The notes beneath the pieces were generated by a model. That model was given only the letters and a program-made list of their open reading frames with translations, did no database searches and was not told where the DNA came from. From the NCBI RefSeq assembly GCF_006345805.1, contig NC_043000.1, forward strand, positions 133,858,001-133,922,000: 64,000 bases of DNA, in the 5' to 3' direction. Positions 28,301 to 38,278 of the stretch are shown piece by piece. The stretch is from Octopus sinensis. Taxonomy: Eukaryota. Every line of letters starts with the position of its first letter. The first letter of the stretch is position 1. Made by a program: the position numbers and the translations under genes.

Positions 28301-31300
28301 TACTTGCAATTAAAATGCTGGGAAATTGACAATGTCATCAGGAAATCAAACTTTAGTACATTCATTATAGAAAGGCATACAATCCCCTGTCTTTCCTATT
28401 CTCTAGTACAATATATTGTTTCTCTACAGCACTCTTTTATGCTTATATATATTCAATACACCCATTTAACTCCTCCCACCTCTCCTACCATATCAACTAT
28501 CATTGATCCAGTGGTGCTCATTTTTTTCTTTTTTTTCTTTAGGAATTCTCTTTATACATATTTCCACACCTCCTCCTAACTCAAAACAGCTCAAATTTAA
28601 CACTGACCTGCTTTTTACCAGGCACTTATTCCTGTGTAGAAAAATCTAAAATTAGTACAAAACTAACCTGGGGAATACAAAAGAAAAAGACAGCCAAGTG
28701 ACAAGTACCACTCCTTTCATGGTTGAATAAGAATGGTATTCAATAAAACAAAAGGCAACTGTTGAACCCAGATATGATTTTAGGCTCAATCTCACTATAG
28801 GATACTGTGGGTAAGTGTCAGCCATAATTCTGGGTCATCCAATTTCTTGTGAGCGAACCTTGTGTATGATAGACTTAACTCTTTCGTTACCAACCCAGCT
28901 GAAACCAGCTCTGGCTCTGTAGTACAAATGTCTTGTTTTCATAAGTTTTGAATTAAAATCTTCCACCAAACCTTAGTTACAACTTATGTTCCTAACAATA
29001 GCTGAATGATAACTAAGTTATTTTACTAAATTCTTTGTTATATTTAAAGTAATTGAGAGAAATACAGAGCATCTCAAAATAAATACAGTAACGAAAGGGT
29101 TTATCCACAACCTGGTTTGAAACTACTACCTGGGCCTTCAAGTGACTTTAGCAGAGTGCACTTTGTAACAAGCATTCAAGCTAGGTTGCCAACCAGTGGA
29201 TAACTCTTTAGGTTATAACATTTATAAGCCTATCCCATCCAAACTAAATTAGCAAAAAGACAGATGTAAAAATTTGTGATAATAACCAAGTGTTAATTAT
29301 TTAATCTAAGAAATAAAGTCTAATCAAAAAATGATAACACTTGAAAAGAACTGGAAGGTAAAAATTTGTATTGTTGCCAACATCAAATTAAATCCGGTGT
29401 TGACAAATCAAATGACATCAAACTTGGGGAATTGCTGCATATTGTTATTAAGAAGGAAACTAAATGTGACATATTTAGTTTTGTACCTCATAGTTCTGGA
29501 TTTTAAAAATGTCAGAATCAACTTTAGAGATTATTAAGTGCCAGTAATATACTGATATTGACTTAATGAGATATACTGTAAGCTGTGCAACCAAAACCCA
29601 TGTTCAGTAAATACTACTTTTACTAAATGCACAACTTGCAACCAATGGAGAAAATACTGTGATTTTGGCAAGACGAAGGAATCTCTATGCAGTCACCTCA
29701 GCCCCAAGGAAACAGCAGCAAAATGTGGAGGAGAATGACTCAGAAGTTCTTAAGCACAGGGCTTAGGAAGTGTAAGACGGTATGAGTGATGAGAGAAAGG
29801 ATTTAGGTAAAGAGCAGATGATAATAACGAAGAAAAAGGTAGTGGTGGGGATTCTATAAAGCCTGATATTTCAAATTTGAAAGTAAAATATTTGAAATAA
29901 TTTTAACTACAATGATGGGAGGGGTTATATAATTCATTCCTGTTTTGTTTGGTTGAAACAGGGCCTAGTAGTGGCCAAGAAACTAAACCTCAATACTGTG
30001 ACCTGAGAACACAGAAATATGTTTTGTGGGTGGAAGTTTTAGAAAGAATGACAATCTAAAAATAGGTTTTATTTTATCTGGCAGGAGCATTTAAATAGTA
30101 GTTATGCTTCACATAAAAGAATAAAAGGATTGTTACTAATAAGCAGCATGCGTGTATGTAATTTGACTAACAATTTAAATAAACCACAATACATTTACCA
30201 TAGTTTATTGCTCATTTTCTCCCCTAATTAATTAGCATTCTTTTTCCATACTTTGAAAGTTTTTGGTGATGAATAAATATTATGGTTGAGTAAAACTAGA
30301 GGAGAGAAATAATCTTTGCTAGCATTTTTGATAGCAGATTTGTTTCTTATGTTTTATCCCTGCTTAGCATACAATGAGTAATCACTTATAACTGGAGCAT
30401 TATTTTACAGCTGGATACCCTTCCTGTTGTTAAAACTTCTTTTCAAGTCTTCAAATGTGCAGGGTTACTACAATCTCTTGACAGGAAAACATAAATAAAC
30501 ATCATGCTCAGCTCAGTACCAAATGCAAGCATTCATACAGATGCACACATGCATCCACCTACTTCCTCCCACACAAACACATACGTGTGTGTGTATGCAC
30601 ATCCATGTATATCATTACATGATGCATCAGGCGATATGATATGCTTGAGAAGACCTGTTGAGTCAAGTAAAACCAATATTGTAGCTGTGGCCAGTGCCCC
30701 CTGACTGGCTCCTGTGCTGGTGGTATGTAAAAAAGCACCAACTGAACATGGCCAATGCCAGTACCTCCAAGAATGGCTCCCATGCTGGTGGCACATAAAA
30801 AGCACCATCCAAGCGTGGTAAGTGCCAGGTCTACCAGACTGCCTCCCAAGCTGGTGACATAAAAAGCACCATCCAAAAGTGGCTGATACCAAAAACCCCT
30901 GACTGGCCCCCATGCCAGTGGCATGTAAAAAGCACTATCTGAACGTGATTGATGCCAGGCCCGCCTGACTAGCTCCTGTGCTGGTGGCATGTAAAAAGCA
31001 TTCACTACACTCTCAGAGTGGTTGGCATTAGGAAGGGCATCCAGCTGTAGAAACATTGCCAGATCAGACTGGAGCCCGGTGCAGCTACTGGCTCGCCAAA
31101 CCTCAGTCAAACCGTCCAACCCATGCCAGCATGGAAAACAGACGTTAACTGATGATGATGATGTGTTTTGTTCAGTTTCTGCCTTCCAAATTCATTGACA
31201 AGGTATTGATCAGTCCTGGGCTTGCAGTAGAAAACATTTGCCCAAGCTTCCACACAGTGAGACTGAATTTGAAACCGTATGATTGCAAAGTGAAATTCAT

Positions 31301-33772
31301 AACCAACCAGCCATGCCCATGTCTTCAAATGACTTAATTAAATTGTTATTTTACTGTATAAGAAATCTGGGTGAATGTGAATCTGTTTGAATATGAATTG
31401 ACATGTCAATAAGCAGCAAAATCTCTTAAAATATTACATACAAGCAATAAGTAAAGATAAGATTGTTATATCAAAAATAAACTGATTGAATGCTTAGTTG
31501 TGATCAGCTATTTAAGAGCTGACCAGATAGCGCAACAGTAACAACAAACATGCATAGAAGTATCTGAGAAAGGGGAGACACAGACAGAGATGTGATACAG
31601 CAGATCTAATCAATCTATAACAGAAAAGAAAATGCTGAAACAATGATGATGAAAAAGATGAGTTTAGTATATTTGTAGTTTAAAATTAAAGAACTGCTAC
31701 TTACATGAATCTTCAAATTTATAACACAGAGAAAAGAAGGAAGGAACGATTTTACAAGTGTTTCCCCCAGTGGTATAAAGCTGAATAAATAAGTTCTATG
31801 TGATAATCAACTTACCACAATATCTGCCTGGTTACTGATTGATTATATCGATACAAGGGGTATTGATTGCTAACATAGGCACAAGGTAAGAATTATTAAT
31901 TGTTAACAGAGGCACAAGGAAAAGTGTATTGATGGCTAACATAGATATGAAAAGATGCGTATTGATGACTAACACAGGCACAAAGAGAAGTGTACTGATG
32001 AGGTAGGAAGTATTGATTGCTAATAGAGGCACAAGGTAAGGAAGGATTGATTGCTGACATAGGCACAAAGTAAGGAAGGATTGATTGCTAATAGAAGCAT
32101 AAGGAAAGGAATACTGATTGTCAGCATCAGTAAAAATGTTGTGACGTAAATAATTCATGAGGATAAAACAGTAAATGGGCTGACAAATAAAATAACACAT
32201 GAAATAGTTATGGAATTTCCCTTCATATACGTCATATCAGAACTAAACAGTATCTTGCTTGAGTTTAAGATCAATTCAATTGATCTAAGATTAGATCTAA
32301 GTAGGAATACTCATCATCATCATTTAACGTCCGCTTTCCATGCTAGCAGGGGTGGACGATTTGACTGAGGTCTGGCGAACCAGATGGCTGCACCAGAGTC
32401 CAATCTGATGTGGCAGAGTTTCAAAGCTGGATGCCCTTCCTAACGCCAACCACTCCAAGAGAGTAGTGGCTGCTTTTATGTGCCACCGGCACGAGGGCCA
32501 GTCTGGCGGTACTGGCAACGGCCACACTCAAATGGTGCTTTTTATGTGCCACCTGCACAGGAGTCAGTCCAGCGGTACTGGCAATGACCTCGCTCAAATG
32601 TTTTTTCACATGCCACCAGCACAAGTGCCAGTTAGGCGACGCGGGATATAGGAATTCTGAAAATTAGTTAAAGAATATTTTTATGTGATTTCAATTCTTT
32701 AAAATCAAGTTGAGCAGTTATAAAAACCCTGGATTTGGGGAAAACTTTAGTGTTTGCGGGATGTAACTAAACTCCACAACACTCTCCTTTGAGACATTGG
32801 TTATTTTTTATGCCATGTCTATGAAAAATCCGGGGTTTTTATAACTGCTCAACTTGACTTTAAAGAATTGAAATCACATAAAAATATTCTTTAACTAATT
32901 TTCAGAATTCCTATATGAGCAGCTATTTCAACCAATGGAAAAACGACAATCATATTTCTTCGGCAATATGACATTACACCATATTGCCAGCTACCACAAA
33001 TTGGCGGTACTATTTGAAAATGGCTACACACTACACTGTCAGGCCCTGCTGCTGGTATCAGGGGTTGTATGTATATAAAGCATAATCTATGGTTTATTAA
33101 CATCCTCCATATTTTGCTGGACTACATGTCCACTTGACACTTCAGTTGAACCATTAGTGATAACCTCACTACCAACCTTTGATAACATATAAACCTTAAC
33201 CCCTTCAGACCACTGCATTCATCACTAATCTTTAATTTCTTTATTTTTAGGACAACTGCAAATCATCTTAATCCTTTTGTTACCAACCCAGCTGAAACCA
33301 GCTCTGGCTGTAAGTACAAATGTCTTGTTTTCATAAGTTTTGAATTAAAATCTTTCACCAAACCTTAGCCACAATTTATGTTCCTAAAACTAGCTGAATG
33401 ATAATTAAATTATTTTACTAAATTCTTTGTTATATTTAAAATTAATTGAAAGAAACACAGAGCATCTCAAAATAAATACGGTAATGAAAGGGTTAACTAT
33501 GCTTCAACATAGTCAAACGGAGTCAACACCAATTCTGATCCAGCCTGCAGCACCATTGTTAAGTGGCAAATTATATACAAAGATTATATCAAAATAACAG
33601 TTCAACAATATTTATATATTAGATACAATAGAATGGATTACCTAATGTTCAATACAACATGTACAGCAAATGATTCTGATTGCCGTAAGTTAAGGTGAAC
33701 TTCCACTTATCAATCCGTAATCTGTATATCATTGATTGTTCTTCTGTGTATCTTGAGCATCTGCACATGCAT

Positions 33773-33806
<34 letters not shown>

Positions 33807-36800
33807 CAGAAGACGAGTACATGCACACTATCAGTTCTGTATTTCTCTATAATACCTTCACAACAAGGAGTATTAATTGTTAACAAAAGCATAAGGAAAG
33901 GAATATGGATTGCTAGCATAGGAACAGGAAAAAGAGTATTGATTGTTAACATACACTGACATGGACAGCCAAGTCAGCACCCCGGGTAATATACAGTAAA
34001 AACATATCGCATGAAGAATCACAAAACTCACAAAATGCAGGAGGCTATTTTCATTGATAAATGTACCAGACAATTCAGTTTACACACACTCATCCTCAAC
34101 TATATAATTTGTAATACAAATTGTGTTTCCTGTAGTTTTTTACTAATGACAAGCCCACTGGTAAATACATAGCTGGTACCCTCTAATCAGTACTACTAAT
34201 ATAGGAAAGAAAGGAGTATCAACTGCCTACATAAGTACAAGAGAAAGCGTATTGATTTCACATGTTAGTACAAAGAGTATTGATTGTGCATGCCGGCAGA
34301 ATGAGTATTGATCTCATGCACATGAGCAAGGCTTCAGGATTTGCAGGAGAAAGGAGAATTTGTGATGTTTATCTCTTTCCCTAAAGACTTAGTATAAGAG
34401 TTATGAAATATATTGACATCAACCAAGAAAGAAAATCAGTTTGTGGGCTTAGCCAAAAGTTCAGTTTTATGGTGTGCACCATAACAGCAGAGGTCAAATC
34501 TTAAGGGCCATTGCTTATTTGTAAATGATAGATAAATATCTCATATAGGGTGACCTGCTGTGCTTGAGGAGACCTATTGAGTCAAGTACATCAACATCAA
34601 AATAAATATCAAATGGAAATTGTAGTTGTGATACTTGTGCCGGTGGCATGTAAAAAACACCATCCGAACGTAACCGATACCAGCGCCGCCTTGAGTTGCT
34701 TCTGTGCCGGTGGCACGTAAAAAGCACCAACTGATCATGGCCGCTGCCAGTGGCACGTAAAAAGCACCCACTACACTCACGGAGTGGTTGGCATTAGGAA
34801 GGGGATCCAGTTGTAGAAACACTGCCAGATCAGACTGGAGTCTGGTGCAGCCTCCTGGCTTCCCAGACCCCGGTCAAACCGTCCAACCCATGCTAGCACG
34901 GAAAACGGACGTTAAACGATGATGAAGTCAATTGCTAATAATTTTCTCAGTAACTATTCCAGAAATTTTGATTTTATGCTATATAAGTCAAGCAACCACC
35001 TGGAAAGACTCTCTCATTGGCTCTAGGCTGAAAGGGTGTGGCATCCAGTCACACAGTCTCTTTTTTGCAATATATGACCTCATTCCATTTGTAGTTATAG
35101 ATGATACGTGAATATGCAGTGTAATACTTGAAATAGATTTGGTCTCAAAATCAAAGATATGGTATTTGCACACGTAACCATTCTGCTTCTAAAAAAGTTA
35201 CTTTCCATGTAAAAGTTGCCCAGGAAGAGTTATCAACTGCCTACAAGGACCCCTGGAATTGACAGCTTTTTACCTAGGTAACCTACTTAGCAGAAGTAGT
35301 GGGTGTTCAAAAAAGCATAGAATAAGAACAGGGTAGAAAAAGTTCAGGGAGATATTATCTCCTCTGGCAACAAAAGGACTCCCTTTCTGAGTGAAGGGTT
35401 GATTATTTGATGCCTGTGTACAAAATACTATACTGCATGGCAGCAAAGTAGAGACACCGAAAGTGGGTGATATAAAAGGGCTGGAAATAAATGATGTGAG
35501 CATCATCTGCTGGATGTGTAACGTTGCTGTGCAGGAACAATGGAGTACAAATGAGCTTTGGATGAAAGAGGACTCAGTAGTAGAGCACAAGAAAGAAGAC
35601 TGTATTGGTACAGATGTGATGTGTATGAAGGATGAGAACTTCCAAGTGGAAGGAGTTTGTGGAAGAAGAAGACCAAGAAAGATGTGGGAAGAAGTGGAGA
35701 GGACAAGAAACTGCAATAGATAGCAGGAAGCTATGGTGGAGAAAACAAAGACACGTCCAACACATGCAAACATAGAAAAATAGATATATGATACGAACTG
35801 TGATTGCTTTGAGTTTAAATTAGGCAGATATAAAATAATCGATTAACCTACCAGACCACTAATCTATGAAAAGTTTTGTTTATAAACTAAGATCAATTCC
35901 AAATTAGTCCAACCACAATTATTCTAGTTTTTATTGTAATACAAGTCATGTTTGGTCACACTGTCTACAAACTAAATATAAATGGGATGAGATCATATAT
36001 TGCAGAGAAAAGAATGTGTGGTTAGATGCCACACCCTTCAACTAAGAGTCAATGAAGGAGCCTCTAGGTAACTGCTTGGGCTCCAAGAAATAGCAACCAA
36101 ATCGACCTCAACACACATTAGATAATAATGCTCTTTTACTCTTTTACTTGTTTCAGTCATTTGACTGTGGCCATGCTGGAGCACCGCCTTTTAGTCGAGC
36201 AAATCGACCTCAGGACTTATTCTTTGTAGGCCTAGTACTTATTCTATCAGTCTCTTTTGCTGAACTGCTAATTGACGGGGACGTAAACACACCAGCATCG
36301 GTTGTCAAGCGATGTTGGGGGAACAAACACAGACACACAAACATATATACACACACACACACACATATATATACGACAGGCTTCTTTCAGTTTCCGTTCA
36401 CCAAATCCACTCACAAGGCTTTGGTCAGCCCGAAGCTATAGTAGAAGACACTTGCCCAAGGTGCCATGCAGTGGGACTGAACCCAGAACCACGTAGTTTG
36501 AAAGCAAGCTATTTACCACACAGCCACTCCTACACCTATAAATATTTTCCTATGGCCAGACATGTTTATGAAAGATGATATACCAGTGGTTCTCAACTAG
36601 AGCCCATGACACCTTGAGGTCCATATGAGATTTTGGAGGGTCCACACAAGCAAAAATAGTAAATTGGATCCACGAGAAAATGTTTTAGATGTATTTATTG
36701 CAAGAAACAGGCTTCTTTCTCTGATATTCCACATAGCTCTGCCTATACAAGTGAATATGTAATAAATAAAGTAGGAATTTTGAAAGAAGTCTCCATAGAA

Positions 36801-38247
36801 CTAGTTTTTAGACATTGAATGGCAATAGGGGTCCACCAGAGTAAAATAGTAATCAAAGTGGTCCATAGAAAAAAAGTGGTTGAGAACCACCAGTTTATAT
36901 GATGGTGATTTGAGGGAGATTTCACTATCATTTCTTGCAGGACAAATGACCGCACAGAGGTCATACAACCATTACATGACATCGAGACAAGGGTGCACAC
37001 ACATAACCAACAGACTTCACACAGGGTTTTGATCAACCCAGGGCTATAATAGAAGACACTTACTCAAAGTATTGCACATGGAAAGCAAGCTTCTTAACCA
37101 CATAACACTTTCACCTTTATACTTTCTTTGTGTACAAAAGTTAGCATTTAAAATGAGATCTAAATGCAAACTTCTATGAACAAAGACGTAGGTTATGGTT
37201 GATTAAATCATAAATATGTTTAGATCCTGTGGTGAAAAGTCAAGGAGTAACATACATTCAACAAATTTTGCTTACAAAATTTTAGCTGATCTGAGGCCAC
37301 AGTAGAGATATTTTGCCCAAAATACCACATGATGGTTGCAAATTTTGGCACAAAGCCAGCAATTTCAAGGGAGGGCTCAACTGGTATTTATTTTATTGAC
37401 CCTGAAAGAATGAAAGGCAAAGTTGACTTCTGTGGAATTTCAAGGTACCATATGATGGAATCTAAGCATCACCTGGTCACAAAGCAAACTTCTAAACTAC
37501 AACCACAGGAAAGTCTCTGCATGGTCGATCGCTCAGCTAGAAATAGCAGCCAAATTTCCTTCAAACTGTATACTCTACTGCTGTAAAAATAATAAAGAAA
37601 CACATTACATGATGTAATCCTTAATATCCAGAATCTGGATAAATATGGTGTAATCAATGCCAGTACACCTTTGATCAAGTAGCTGTACGAATGGTCAACA
37701 GACTTAATTCCCACTGGTCCATTCCACCTAACTACATTCAGTACTACATTGTTACAAGCAGTAAGAAAACTACATAATTAACCCCTGTACTTTAGGCACA
37801 AGGCCTGAAATTTTGGTGTAGGAAGCTAGTCGATTAGATCAATTTCAGTGATCGACTGGTACTTATTTTATCGATCCCAAAGGGTGAAAGGTGAAGTCGA
37901 TCTTGATGAAATTTAAATGCAGAAATGCCGCTAAGCATTTTGTTCGGCGTGCTAACGAGTCTGCCGGCTAGCAGCCTGATACAGAACTGCATAATTAATG
38001 GGCAGCTTGCAGAACAGATTTATAGAACTCAGCTCTTCCAGGAGTGTAGAAATGGTTTGTTACAGGACGATTTACCATTGTTGCAAAGGTTATGTAGCAT
38101 CTTTACTATCCGTCTTTAACACATGTAACTACATGTCTATAAAGGTGCCACTGACAAGTCATTCAAAATGCTAGAAATAACAACATCCTACTGGTTTAGA
38201 AATGGGCACATTGGATAATGATGTCAAAGTTTACTAATCTAGACGAA

Positions 38248-38278
<31 letters not shown>

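Noticed and set aside
30700-31000. Regularly spaced GGTGGCACATAAAAAGCACC units resembling a CRISPR-like repeat-spacer array
   Set aside because: Inter-repeat segments are homologous to each other and to other copies of the RTE 3'UTR; eukaryotic context, no cas genes.
33641-33760. Segment with good acceptor and GTAAT donor on minus strand
   Set aside because: All three frames contain a stop before the donor.
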